Origin: Candidatus Altimarinota bacterium
GTDB taxonomy: Bacteria; Patescibacteriota; Gracilibacteria; 1-14-2-50-48-13
Length of the DNA: 64,000 nt
Reading direction: 5' to 3'
Assembly (NCBI GenBank): GCA_046314355.1
Contig: JBKBWQ010000001.1
Coordinates: 544,001-608,000, forward strand
The notes beneath the pieces are model-generated. The model did not search any database, was not told the DNA's origin, and worked only from the letters and a program-made list of their open reading frames with translations. This document shows positions 1 to 11,543 of this stretch, piece by piece. How positions within the stretch are numbered: the stretch's first letter is position 1; each line of letters starts with the position of its first letter. Made by a program: the position numbers and the translations under genes.

Positions 1-211
1 CAGATGTATCTTCTTTTTTAGGCTCCTTATTTAGTATAGAACTAGGGTGCTCTCCCAGAGATTTTGGCTCCGTATCCCTTGCTTGAGAATGTACAGCATT
101 ATCAAGATTACCAAGCTGGCTTCTCGTTTGTTCTGCAATCTTATCAGTACTTTCATGCTGACCCGCTGCATTCTCTAGATTTTCAGGTGTATAATTTTCA
201 TTCTCACCCAT
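1..211 (-). CDS. hypothetical protein, 5' part (runs off window start)
   Basis: ATG at 211, open to the edge (MGENENYTPENLENAAGQ...); TTGCTC-17-TATACT promoter upstream (267-239). Confidence 0.65.
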   Translation of the reverse strand, partial: MGENENYTPENLENAAGQHESTDKIAEQTRSQLGNLDNAVHSQARDTEPKSLGEHPSSILNKEPKKEDTS

Positions 212-270
212 GTGTGTTTTTATAAAATATATCATATTAGTATAGCACAGAGAAGGATGAGGAGCAAGAA

Positions 271-380
271 AGTCATTGGGTGCACATAATTGGGCTCAAT
301 ATTTAACTAATTGAGCTCAATTACTGCAGCCTAATAATGTGCGCCCAATAATTGAGCCTAAATCATTGATCCCAATTACT
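271..380. repeat. ATTGAGCTCAAT-type palindromic array, copy 1
   Basis: ATTGGGTGCACAT-AATTGGGCTCAAT-..-AATTGAGCTCAATT-..-AATGTGCGCCCAAT-AATTGAGCCTAAAT-CATTGATCCCAATT. Confidence 0.9.
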
Positions 381-454
381 TTCTTACTCATTTACTCTCT
401 TACTTCCCCTCTACTCCCCTTGTTTTTCCTCTAAAAACCCTTATACTTGTTACA

Positions 455-608
455 GCCTAGAGTACACGTGCATGCTTATGCCCAATTTTCTCTACAAAAC
501 TACTTTAAGGGATGCTAATATCTGGTATGGCTGCGGTCATATCATGAGGTAACCCACTTGACTACCAGTCGAGGATAAGTAGCATAAGCCTCCCACGGTA
601 TTTTGGGT
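455..608 (+). ncRNA. rod-like small RNA, 6S RNA candidate
   Basis: Nested end pairing GCCTAGAGTAC/GTATTTTGGGT, CGTG/CACG, GCTTATGC/GCATAAGC around an A-rich centre; TATACT -10 at 442-447. Confidence 0.45.
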
Positions 609-627
609 ATCATTCATTACTATTATT

Positions 628-918
628 ATGCCAATCTCACATACAGTAAAACCAGAAGCAACTCTTGATTTTCACAGAAATCCAGGCGCAAATCCAGCAG
701 TTATAGAGGCGCTTGCAAGTGCTTTCCTAGAAGAATCAATTCATCAGAAAAAAAGCTATCTCCGTATCATTACAGGCAATAGCGCTATTGCTCCCCGTAT
801 CGAAGAGGGACTCCGTAAATATCTCTCAACTCATACAAGAGTCGCGGAGATCACATCAGTGGATCTCGAGAATGGAATGCTTCATGCATTAGATCTCTCA
901 ATTGAAAAAAGCGCCTAG
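628..918 (+). CDS. Smr-domain-like protein
   Basis: LDFH and LRIITG motifs of the Smr domain in a 96-aa ORF. Confidence 0.6.
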   Translation: MPISHTVKPEATLDFHRNPGANPAVIEALASAFLEESIHQKKSYLRIITGNSAIAPRIEEGLRKYLSTHTRVAEITSVDLENGMLHALDLSIEKSA

Positions 919-930
919 GCGCTTTTTTTG
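905..930. terminator. bidirectional intrinsic terminator
   Basis: A-tract-GCGCCTAGGCGC-T-tract between convergent genes. Confidence 0.8.
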
Positions 931-933
931 TGT

Positions 934-1197
934 TTAAAATGCAGATTCCATTCCAAAGGAAGGTGGAAGTCCTTTCAGTGTAGGTGCTGCATACATGCGA
1001 TCATCATCAGGATTGATTACTGATCCTGAGTTACTTTCCTGAAGCATATGAGCAAAGGACTCAGCATTCTGCTGCATAAGAGTCGCTTTTCCTGCTACTC
1101 CTGTCACTATAAATCCTAAGATCAGTGAAGAGCATAATGCCGCAACTCCAATAGCTATCCAAAGTGATGTATTTTGTGGTTTTGTGTAATGTAGCAT
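934..1197 (-). CDS. small membrane-anchored hypothetical protein
   Basis: One N-terminal hydrophobic helix; last gene of a minus-strand cluster. Confidence 0.65.
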   Translation of the reverse strand: MLHYTKPQNTSLWIAIGVAALCSSLILGFIVTGVAGKATLMQQNAESFAHMLQESNSGSVINPDDDRMYAAPTLKGLPPSFGMESAF

Positions 1198-1208
1198 AGG
1201 TATTTCTA

Positions 1209-2861
1209 TTAATTTTTGTTGTTTAAAATCATATATCCCTTATGAGTGGTCTTATCATATTTGTAAATAATGCCTCCAGGTAAACTTCCACTCTCAGCAT
1301 TATATAATTTTTTGACAATTGCGCGCTGAAGCAGTAGTATAGCTTCTCTCTGGCGCATTCGTTCATCATTGGGTTTGCCAGTAGATTGTGCTTCAGGTCC
1401 AGTGACTTTGATCTCACCATTATCCATAAGCACTGCTTTCAGAGGATACTTAGCATCCGAAGAAAGAGTTACTTCTTCAGCTGGTTTCATAGTTTTTGTA
1501 TTTATACTTAAGGATGCCAAAGTAACTTCTTTTATAGCTGGAGAGGCTTCTTTATTATTAGTTTGTTTTGCAAGGACAGGTGGTTTAGAAGCTTCTTTTT
1601 TATTAATTACAACTCCCTTCTCTGCTTCCTTTGCTCCGGTTATTCCTCCTTGTACACTTTCCTTCCCACTCTCCGTTACACCATTGCCAGCACCTATTGT
1701 ACCTGTCATATTCGTTGGAGATTCACTTTTGACAGTTGCTTTCTTCACTCTCACTACTACACTATTCGTCAGCGCAGCAAGATATACTTCATCATCTTTA
1801 GCTAATCCTAGGGCATCTTTGATAACACTCTTATCTTTATTTTTTGCAAGAAAAGCCTGTCCAGATTTTTGATCCTTTGAAGTGAGAGGAATTGTATATG
1901 TCTCCATTCCCGGAGGAATACGCAGATAAGCAACCGTACCATCTTTTAGTTTCATTCCGACTACATTCTTTCCCTGGACAATGAGATCTGTTGCGGAGAT
2001 AGCAGCCACAAGGTCTTTACCTGATTTTGGATCACCTTGTTTCACCGTTCCCTTATAAATTATAAACTCTTTAGCCCCCATCTGCTTCTTTAAATCATCA
2101 ATATTATTGCTCATAGGAATACTTGTTTCCTTTGCCCCACGTAATGTCCCATCTTTTACATCAAATCCTAGAGCTTTAAGTTTATTTGCATCTGCTTTCA
2201 TCTCATTAGGTAGCTCAGAGGCTTGAATTTGCTTAACAGGATTTTCAATTTTATCTTCACTTGTTTTTATATCTTTTTTATCATCTATCTTTTCATCTGG
2301 ATTTGCTTTCTTATCTCCCTCCCCACTCTTCACATCTTTTTTAGGATCATTAGGTACTGTAAGGCTGCTGATTAAACTTTCTAAAGTCTTTTTATTTTTA
2401 TTAATATCTGTCAGATTGTCACGGATTTTCACTGCGTTAGTTTCTACGACTTTCAATGTCTGCTCTCTTATACCCTTTGCATTCAGACCATTTACCGCGC
2501 GTTCAAATACATTTGCATTGTCTGCCAGATAAAGACCTTTCGATGCTGTATCAATATCTCCGATAATCTTTCCGTAAGTTTCAAGCTTCTCACTATAGTT
2601 CTTCAAAAATTCCGCAGCTTTCGTCTGATCACCTATCTCAGCCTTAAATGATGTAGGAAAGTCTTTTGAATTCTTAACCTTTATTTGAGCATCATTAATT
2701 TTCTTCTGCAAGTCTCCAATTGCTGTGGCATTATTCTCTTTTAGTTTTTTAAAAACAGCATCAAAACTCTCCTGCGAATCTATAAGATTCTTTTTCTGTA
2801 CTTTATCGACAGAACCTGAGTCCTTTAATCCTAAATCCTTGATATCTGAAATTTCTGCCAT
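1209..2861 (-). CDS. hypothetical Lys-rich protein
   Basis: 550-aa ORF, coiled-coil-like N-terminus, no recognised domain. Confidence 0.8.
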   Translation of the reverse strand: MAEISDIKDLGLKDSGSVDKVQKKNLIDSQESFDAVFKKLKENNATAIGDLQKKINDAQIKVKNSKDFPTSFKAEIGDQTKAAEFLKNYSEKLETYGKIIGDIDTASKGLYLADNANVFERAVNGLNAKGIREQTLKVVETNAVKIRDNLTDINKNKKTLESLISSLTVPNDPKKDVKSGEGDKKANPDEKIDDKKDIKTSEDKIENPVKQIQASELPNEMKADANKLKALGFDVKDGTLRGAKETSIPMSNNIDDLKKQMGAKEFIIYKGTVKQGDPKSGKDLVAAISATDLIVQGKNVVGMKLKDGTVAYLRIPPGMETYTIPLTSKDQKSGQAFLAKNKDKSVIKDALGLAKDDEVYLAALTNSVVVRVKKATVKSESPTNMTGTIGAGNGVTESGKESVQGGITGAKEAEKGVVINKKEASKPPVLAKQTNNKEASPAIKEVTLASLSINTKTMKPAEEVTLSSDAKYPLKAVLMDNGEIKVTGPEAQSTGKPNDERMRQREAILLLQRAIVKKLYNAESGSLPGGIIYKYDKTTHKGYMILNNKN

Positions 2862-2868
2862 AATGGTA

Positions 2869-3198
2869 TTATTTAAGTATACTTCCTAACATTGCATCAG
2901 CTTCATTTTTAGCAGCATCATCGCTTACTGTCTCGATTTGTTTTACTAAATGCTGCTTTTCTATTGGAATTTCAGAAGCAACTATATTTACTGTATCTTG
3001 AAGTAAGGATGTATTCTGTAGCTCAAATTCTCCATTCTGAACCATTAAGTTTCTGCACTCAGCAAGAATAGGCTCTGCCTCTATAGAATTCAGCTCACCA
3101 GAAAGCTCCCGCTCTCTTAAAATCTGCAGAGTGGCATTGTCTACTACTCCATAACTCTGGATTTCATCTGTAATCGGTGTTTGAGACGCCATGATCAT
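2869..3198 (-). CDS. hypothetical acidic protein
   Basis: 109-aa ORF ending 7 bp before the next gene. Confidence 0.7.
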   Translation of the reverse strand: MIMASQTPITDEIQSYGVVDNATLQILRERELSGELNSIEAEPILAECRNLMVQNGEFELQNTSLLQDTVNIVASEIPIEKQHLVKQIETVSDDAAKNEADAMLGSILK

Positions 3199-3256
3199 AA
3201 AAAATGATATATCATAGAAGTATACCAGATATGAGCCTTTTTTAGCAATAAACCAA

Positions 3257-4315
3257 TTATTTATTCATTGCATCCACCATAAGCTGCTGAGCTATATTTC
3301 CTGCTATTACCTTCATCTTGCTTTTATCTTTCAGCATTATGTCCAAATCCCACTTTACCACATCTTTCATTATTACATCTTTACTCAGGTTAATCCCTGT
3401 TTTCAATCCAGGAACTGCAAATGTACTTTTACTAAGATGCAGTTTCATACTTGGAAGACTTGGCATGAGATAGCCTAAGATCTCACCTACAAATCTTGCA
3501 AAGGGATAAATCTCGTCCTTAGAAAGTGCTGATAAGGACTTATTAAGCGACTTCTTGAGAGTATTAAATAAAACAGGCATTGCCTCACTTAATCCTTCTA
3601 TGACATTTACCATTAAAAGAGGATCCTTCAGCAGTCTTAGGATTTCAATATTATCCTCAAGGTTTTCAGTAAGTCCAAATACAAGTCCCTGAGCATAATC
3701 AGGTAAATGCTTCGTGGGAATGAAACTACTCTCTGTCAGCAGTGATTCCCGCATTAAATTATTTTGTATAATCTCGCTTGCCATGCCTTTCACATAGATA
3801 CTTCTCGTCACTACTCCATCAAGAGATAAGGTAGGAGAATGAATATTAAGTAAAGTGAGTCTTGCATTATTGACTGACCTGTCGTCTGCCGCTGTATCTT
3901 TATAATTTTTTAAGCCGAAGTTCAGCTTTTTTACCAGCACATCACTAAAATAATCTAAAAGACCCTGCTGTATATCTGTCGTGGTTGATTTTCCATTGAG
4001 ATAAGAATTCATCTTTGCAAAGTAGGGATTGGCAGATGAATAGGCAAAGTATGAAGACAGAATCTGTTTTGCATTATTTTTCGCCCCCAAAGCATTGAGA
4101 CTCGTTTTCCCAGTTCTTTTTACAAGCCAAAGTGAAATAGCAGACTCTGTGTAGCCTAATAAAATCTTATCTAAAGCAGTATTTGCTGCCTGAGGATAAT
4201 TTGCCGGCACCTTTCCTGACATATCTATGGGTATATGAGAAGGCAGCAGCTTTTCCTGAGTCTTGTGAGATGAGACCGGAGTATTATAATCAAATTTTTG
4301 ACCTTCAAATCCCAT
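3257..4315 (-). CDS. hypothetical protein
   Basis: Long ORF; start placed at ATG 4315 (MGFEGQ) downstream of the groEL terminator. Confidence 0.75.
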   Translation of the reverse strand: MGFEGQKFDYNTPVSSHKTQEKLLPSHIPIDMSGKVPANYPQAANTALDKILLGYTESAISLWLVKRTGKTSLNALGAKNNAKQILSSYFAYSSANPYFAKMNSYLNGKSTTTDIQQGLLDYFSDVLVKKLNFGLKNYKDTAADDRSVNNARLTLLNIHSPTLSLDGVVTRSIYVKGMASEIIQNNLMRESLLTESSFIPTKHLPDYAQGLVFGLTENLEDNIEILRLLKDPLLMVNVIEGLSEAMPVLFNTLKKSLNKSLSALSKDEIYPFARFVGEILGYLMPSLPSMKLHLSKSTFAVPGLKTGINLSKDVIMKDVVKWDLDIMLKDKSKMKVIAGNIAQQLMVDAMNK

Positions 4316-4366
4316 AGGCAAAGAAAAAGATATCTTTGTATTATAGCATGGGAAGTGTAATTGAGT

Positions 4367-4405
4367 AAATAAGGGAGAGCTCAAGCGCGAGCCTCCCTTA
4401 TTTTT
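4367..4405 (-). terminator. terminator downstream of groEL
   Basis: AAATAAGGGAG..CTCCCTTATTT inverted repeat. Confidence 0.6.
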
Positions 4406-4490
4406 CTAAATTCTCGTCCTTATTTTTGCAAGGATAAGGATGATGATTAGGATAAGAATTGAGGGGGTCTCTCCCCTAATTCATCACCAA

Positions 4491-6152
<1,662 letters not shown>

Positions 6153-6214
6153 TTAGGAATTGAGGTCATTAAATAATTAATTACTAATTACTTAATGACT
6201 TATTTACTAGAGCT

Positions 6215-6505
6215 CTACACCTCCTTTGCAATAATTCCGTCCTGTCTCAAAACAATCAGTTCCTCTCCTTCCATTTTAAAATTATCTCCAGCGTATTTCT
6301 TATAATAAACAATGTCTCCTACGGAAACATGCATTTCGATCACCTTATTGTCTCCTACAACTCCGCCGGGACCAACTGCAACTACTTCTCCTTTATTAGG
6401 CTTTTCCTTTGCAGAATCTGGGATATAGAACCCGCTCTTTGTCATCTCCTCAGCAGCAAGCTGCTTGATAATGACGTAATCGCCAAGTGGCTGAAGCTTT
6501 GCCAT
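6215..6505 (-). CDS. groS: co-chaperonin GroES
   Basis: LQPLGD, AKEKP, GEVVAVGPG; directly upstream of groEL. Confidence 0.98.
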   Translation of the reverse strand: MAKLQPLGDYVIIKQLAAEEMTKSGFYIPDSAKEKPNKGEVVAVGPGGVVGDNKVIEMHVSVGDIVYYKKYAGDNFKMEGEELIVLRQDGIIAKEV

Positions 6506-6567
6506 ACGTATTTATAGTACAAAAATAAATGTAATAAATATTACATAGAATAGCTATTGAGAAACAA

Positions 6568-6594
6568 TTAGCACTCGATGCAATATAGTGCTAA
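6568..6594. promoter_or_regulatory. CIRCE element (HrcA operator)
   Basis: TTAGCACTC-N9-TAGTGCTAA, one mismatch to consensus; adjacent TTGACG-17-TAATAT promoter (6622-6594). Confidence 0.92.
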
Positions 6595-6729
6595 TATTAT
6601 CTGAGTTGGAGTTTACCGTCAAGAAAAATCCTTAAGATTTTATTGATGAATAACTCCTCTTAAATTTGCAGAAAAATTCTATAGATAGATCACTAAACTA
6701 CCTACTACTTTATTATACAAATATTGTAT

Positions 6730-7182
6730 TTACCTTATTCCTAATTCGTCTTTAATCTCCTGATCAATAGTGTCAGTATGCTTCCCTCCATTCTTATATG
6801 ACCTTTTTTTATGCTTTTTCGATAACTCTAGGTGAGTAATGACAGGACTTTGTAATTCACACTTCACTACCTTCCAATCCCGGTAATCTTCAATGAATTG
6901 AAATCTGTATCTCAATTCAAAAACCTTCTCCTCAGATAATAGATTGAATTTTTTTACATATAAAAACAGCTGTTCCACATAGGTTCTCAACTCCAATGTC
7001 TGCTCATGAGTAAATGGCCATGAAGTAGTGTCAATAACTGCTCTTTCACTTAATTCATTAGCTATATCATGCTTAATTTTATGGATCTTTATACTTACTA
7101 TTGTATCCGAATCTGAAAGAATATTTTTCATACTCAGTTCTTCTTCTACAAATGGCACCTCCTTATTTTCTCCTAAATGCAT
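6730..7182 (-). CDS. hypothetical protein
   Basis: ORF; likely start MHLGENKE at 7182. Confidence 0.65.
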   Translation of the reverse strand: MHLGENKEVPFVEEELSMKNILSDSDTIVSIKIHKIKHDIANELSERAVIDTTSWPFTHEQTLELRTYVEQLFLYVKKFNLLSEEKVFELRYRFQFIEDYRDWKVVKCELQSPVITHLELSKKHKKRSYKNGGKHTDTIDQEIKDELGIR

Positions 7183-7263
7183 ATATCTTGAGTTATGATG
7201 CCCATATACTAACAAAAAAACATTGCAGCACAATGTTTTTTTTACATAACAAGTTTTCTAAAG

Positions 7264-8163
7264 TTATACTACTTCTACTCTATAACCTTTCTCTCTTAAA
7301 TCCTCTTCATTTACATCGTAGAGGACAGGTGCAAAATTTTTCACTACAAACTGCGTATCTTTGAGCTTACCTTCTACATATGTATCCTTATAAAGCTCAT
7401 TATATCTAAAAAAATTCTCTCCCCATTTTAAAAACAAATGATTTTCTTCGCGTATTTTATACTTCTCTTTTAAAGGTGACGTAGTCACTAGTTGTCCTTT
7501 TAAGTGACTATCTGTAAGCCAGAGTTTTAGCTGAATAGGCTGATCAGAAGTATTTTTTACAACTAGATCCACATAGTTATAAAATACTGTCGCACCGCTG
7601 CCAAAAGGCAGAACCCGACCTGAATCTGGAAACACATCAAATGAATGATGATATCTTTCTACAATCTCAAAGGGACCATGGAGAAACATCCAGTAAAGAA
7701 GATTGGAAAGCTGGCATAATCCTCCACCTACGCCTTCTACAACATGCCCCCGCGCAAGAAGCATTCCTTTTGCGTACCCTTTCTTCTCAGTGGCTTTTCC
7801 CACAAGATCCCAATAAGAAAATGTCTGTCCAGGCTGTATCACCACACCATCCATAGTACTGCTTGCTACTCTCAAATTTGTAATCTTCTGCCTCTGGAGA
7901 TGCTCATTATTTTCTCCTAATTTTTTCATGAGAAGAGACTGATGTCTTGCTACTACAGATGGCAGGTATTCATTACTCTTTTGATGAGCATGCTGTGAAA
8001 GCAGATTCGTCCAATGACGTTTCGCACGGTAAAACTGAATGGCTGTCGTATAAGCAAGTTTGGATCTATTAGAAAGCTTTCTTGCGAGTGGTGATTCAAA
8101 CATCTTCATGCTTGAGACAAGAAGCGGAGGAAGAGTTGAAGGTATTGTGGAGAGAGTCATCAT
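7264..8163 (-). CDS. VanW family protein
   Basis: IQPGQTFSYW, GVGGGLCQLS, ERYHHS, ATVFYNYVDL motifs. Confidence 0.9.
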   Translation of the reverse strand: MMTLSTIPSTLPPLLVSSMKMFESPLARKLSNRSKLAYTTAIQFYRAKRHWTNLLSQHAHQKSNEYLPSVVARHQSLLMKKLGENNEHLQRQKITNLRVASSTMDGVVIQPGQTFSYWDLVGKATEKKGYAKGMLLARGHVVEGVGGGLCQLSNLLYWMFLHGPFEIVERYHHSFDVFPDSGRVLPFGSGATVFYNYVDLVVKNTSDQPIQLKLWLTDSHLKGQLVTTSPLKEKYKIREENHLFLKWGENFFRYNELYKDTYVEGKLKDTQFVVKNFAPVLYDVNEEDLREKGYRVEVV

Positions 8164-8369
8164 GAGCTTTAAAAAGTTTGTATATAGATATAACGCCGCA
8201 GCGAAAAAAGGTTACATATTTTTTATAGTAAATTTTAAGACTCAACTGTTGACAAATTTATTTTTAATATTTTATAACTAAATATACATTTGTCAATAGC
8301 ATATATACCGTTATAAAATATTGTTGCAATAAAAAAGAGCCCTCAGGGGCTCTAATAATTATATGTATT

Positions 8370-8716
8370 TTAGTAAAATTTTTCTCCTTCTTTCTTAGAT
8401 AGATATTTTATAAATAAATCTTTAAAGAAAGTCATTGATGAATATCCCAAAGGATTATCATGTCTCCAGTTAGAGATTTCAGCAGGATAAAATCTCATTG
8501 GATACTGGATCGTATGTTTTAAAAATGAAAAAGCATACTTAATATCCTCTTCATTCCATCCATTAAAAAAGTCTATAACAGTCTTTTGAATTTCAGGATG
8601 ATGATGAGCAATCTGCTCACACAACAAATCAGATATCTTTTCTAGTGTTGTTCTCTCAGGAACAACCTGTAGAATTGTTTTAGAATTTTTTTTGCTGATG
8701 CATGTACTGTACCCAT
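8370..8716 (-). pseudogene. ORFan frameshifted at an A8 tract
   Basis: SD GAGGAG plus ATG at 8716 is one base out of frame with ORF 8370-8627; A8 at 8686-8693. Confidence 0.55.
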
Positions 8717-8870
8717 TACGAACTCCTCATTGTGTTTTTATAATAATGCGGATGTTTTATACTGTTTTTTAACTATTAGTCAACTACTTTTTATACAACT
8801 CCCATCTTCATCTTGAGTTTCTCGGCTTTTTAGCTTACATTTCAGAGGATTTATTTTCAATATTCAGTAT

Positions 8871-10667
8871 ATGTCATCTATCATTCAAGTCTCAAAGAAA
8901 TACCGCACTCATACCTGCAATGACTTAGGATTGAATGATAATGATTCAACAGTTACACTCTCTGGATGGGTGCATTCACGGAGAGATCATGGAGGACTTA
9001 TTTTTATTGACCTCAGAGACAGATTCGGACTTACACAGGTTGTATTTGATCCTGCAATAAACAAAGAGATTCACAGCGAAGCAGAGCATATCCGATCTGA
9101 ATGGGTACTTCAGATCACAGGAACTGTACGAAAAAGACCTGAGGGGCAAAGCAATGCAAACCTTGCTACAGGTGAGATAGAAGTACTTATCAACGAGCTC
9201 AAAGTTCTCTCTAAGGCAGAGGCGCTTCCCTTTGAGATCGCTGGAGGAGATGAAGTAAACGAGGAGCTTCGTCTTGAATATCGATATCTCGACCTTCGAA
9301 AGAAAAGACTACAGGAAAATCTTATCTTCAGACACAAAGTAATTCAGTGGTCTCGAGACTTCTTCGACCAGGAGCAGTTTATAGACGTAGAGACTCCTAT
9401 GCTTGTAAAAGGAACTCCTGAAGGATCACGAGAATATATCGTCCCTTCCCGTCTCTATAATGGAGAATTCTATGTACTTCCTCAGTCACCTCAGCAGATG
9501 AAACAGCTTCTGATGGTAGCGGGATACGACAGATACATCCAGTTTGCGAGATGTTTCCGGGATGAAGATCAGCGCGGAGACCGGCAGCCGGAGTTCACTC
9601 AGCTCGACATGGAGATGAGTTTTGCCACTCAGGAGGACGTCATGGATATCTTCGAGAGATGGGCACTTGGACTTTCAAAGAAATTTGCATCACAGAAGAG
9701 ACTTCAAAATGAGCCTTTCCCTGTTATTACATGGAAAGAAGCTATGAATTCCTATGGCTCAGATAAGCCGGATGTAAGATTTGAGATGAAAATTGTAGAT
9801 GTCACAGATATTCTAAAGACAGCTGGTATTAACTTCCTTGATACTGTTATAAATGCAGGAGGAGTCGTAAAAGCACTTCCCGTAAAAAACGGAGCAAGCT
9901 TTACACGTGCTCAGATCGACAAATATGTAGAATTTGCTCAGGCAAACAAAGCCAAGGGACTTGCATATATTATGTGGGATAAAGAGACTGGAGAGATCAA
10001 AGGATCCCTCGCAAAACTTCTCTCTCCAGAGAAAGCAGCAGAGCTTAAAGCCTTTGGAAATCTTGAGAATGGAGATCTTATGTTCTTCGTATCAGATCAA
10101 TGGGAACCAGCAGTGAGCTCACTTGGCGCACTTCGACTCTCTCTTGGAGATTATTTCAATCTTCGGGATAAAGACCTCCTCGCATACCTTTGGGTAGTAG
10201 AGTTCCCACTTCTTGAACAGGGAGATGATGGATCCATAGGGGCTGCACATCATCCGTTTACTCGTCCAATGGATGAGGATATGGGACTTATAGATACAGA
10301 CAAGATGGCGATGCGTGCCTATGCATATGACCTTGTAATGAACGGTGTAGAGCTTGGAGGAGGATCAGTCCGTATTCATGAAGCAAGCCTTCAGAAGAAG
10401 ATATTTGAGCTTCTAGATCTCAACGAGGAAGAGATCCAAAGACAGTTTGGACATATCCTCAAAGCCTTCAGCTTCGGAGTACCGCCGCACGCAGGATGTG
10501 CTATGGGAATCGATCGACTTATCATGCTCCTCAGAGATGAGCCAAATATCAGAGAGGTAATCGCCTTCCCAAAGAACCAGAAGGCACGAGACCTTATGTT
10601 CGGAGCACCTAGTCCGCTTCCAGATAATAAATTGAAGGAGGCGAATATTAAGATTAGAGAAGAATAA
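8871..10667 (+). CDS. aspS: aspartate--tRNA(Asp/Asn) ligase
   Basis: RRDHGGLIFIDLRD, LPQSPQ, FRDEDQRGDRQPEFTQ, HHPFT. Confidence 0.99.
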   Translation: MSSIIQVSKKYRTHTCNDLGLNDNDSTVTLSGWVHSRRDHGGLIFIDLRDRFGLTQVVFDPAINKEIHSEAEHIRSEWVLQITGTVRKRPEGQSNANLATGEIEVLINELKVLSKAEALPFEIAGGDEVNEELRLEYRYLDLRKKRLQENLIFRHKVIQWSRDFFDQEQFIDVETPMLVKGTPEGSREYIVPSRLYNGEFYVLPQSPQQMKQLLMVAGYDRYIQFARCFRDEDQRGDRQPEFTQLDMEMSFATQEDVMDIFERWALGLSKKFASQKRLQNEPFPVITWKEAMNSYGSDKPDVRFEMKIVDVTDILKTAGINFLDTVINAGGVVKALPVKNGASFTRAQIDKYVEFAQANKAKGLAYIMWDKETGEIKGSLAKLLSPEKAAELKAFGNLENGDLMFFVSDQWEPAVSSLGALRLSLGDYFNLRDKDLLAYLWVVEFPLLEQGDDGSIGAAHHPFTRPMDEDMGLIDTDKMAMRAYAYDLVMNGVELGGGSVRIHEASLQKKIFELLDLNEEEIQRQFGHILKAFSFGVPPHAGCAMGIDRLIMLLRDEPNIREVIAFPKNQKARDLMFGAPSPLPDNKLKEANIKIREE

Positions 10668-10755
10668 AATTACTCGTCATCCTGCGAGCAATAACTCAAC
10701 TTTAGTAACTAAGAACTGCCCCGTAAGACCCACCACGCGTTCGAGCCAGTACGCA

Positions 10756-10787
10756 AAAAGCCGAGACTAAAATTTAGTCTCGGCTTT
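10756..10787. terminator. bidirectional terminator
   Basis: AAAGCCGAGACTAAA-A-TTTAGTCTCGGCTTT. Confidence 0.8.
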
Positions 10788-10791
10788 ACTA

Positions 10792-11295
10792 TTAACTATA
10801 GTAATCAAACCATCCTACCGGTGCAAGATGAATATCACCCTGTACTTCTAAATCCTGAGGATAATATTCTCCAAGATTTACCACTGCGAGGTCTCCATGG
10901 TATGTAACAACATATCTTTCTTTATCCAGCATCAGAATAAGTGGAAAACGCCGCAGCATTCCACGCATCTGATTTTGCAGCTCTAGAAATACTGATACAT
11001 TCTTTGGATCTTTATTATCATGCGTAAAAACAAGCGGTTCCCTTTTAAAGAGAGGTAATGTATCTGACCAATTGAATAATTCAAAAAAATCATGATCACC
11101 AAGTTCATCATTGATAGAGACAAGTCTTGCCTGTTCTATCAATAAACTTACAGGAATGACCTGAATCTCCTTAGCGTCATTAAACAATTCTGGAAAAATA
11201 ATTTTAAATTTTTCTAACTCTTCTTTAGTTGAAGTAAGAAGAGTATTTCTAAAAAATGAATTCCTTAATTTGGCAACTTTTACTAAATCAAGCAC
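10792..11295 (-). CDS. hypothetical ORFan
   Basis: GTG start with AGGAGG SD (11301-11306), own promoter and terminator. Confidence 0.75.
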   Translation of the reverse strand: MLDLVKVAKLRNSFFRNTLLTSTKEELEKFKIIFPELFNDAKEIQVIPVSLLIEQARLVSINDELGDHDFFELFNWSDTLPLFKREPLVFTHDNKDPKNVSVFLELQNQMRGMLRRFPLILMLDKERYVVTYHGDLAVVNLGEYYPQDLEVQGDIHLAPVGWFDYYS

Positions 11296-11543
11296 AATGA
11301 CCTCCTGCTTTTAAATACATACATTAGTTTGATTTCAATGATCACTTCCGACAAAGTAATCAAAGGAATCTTTATTACTCTAATCTGAATACAACCAATA
11401 TAAGTGTTTTTCGTCAATGTACAAGAAAAAGAGACGCATAACTGCGTCTCTTTTTTTATATAACCTTTATAGTCAATATCTTCATGCTACGCTTATCCCT
11501 AATGCTTGAGTCAAACCTAGGATAAGGATGAGGATAGGGTTTT

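Noticed and set aside
271-380. CRISPR interpretation of the GAGCTC arrays
   Set aside because: Variable parts are only 6-8 bp, units are degenerate, and there are no cas genes
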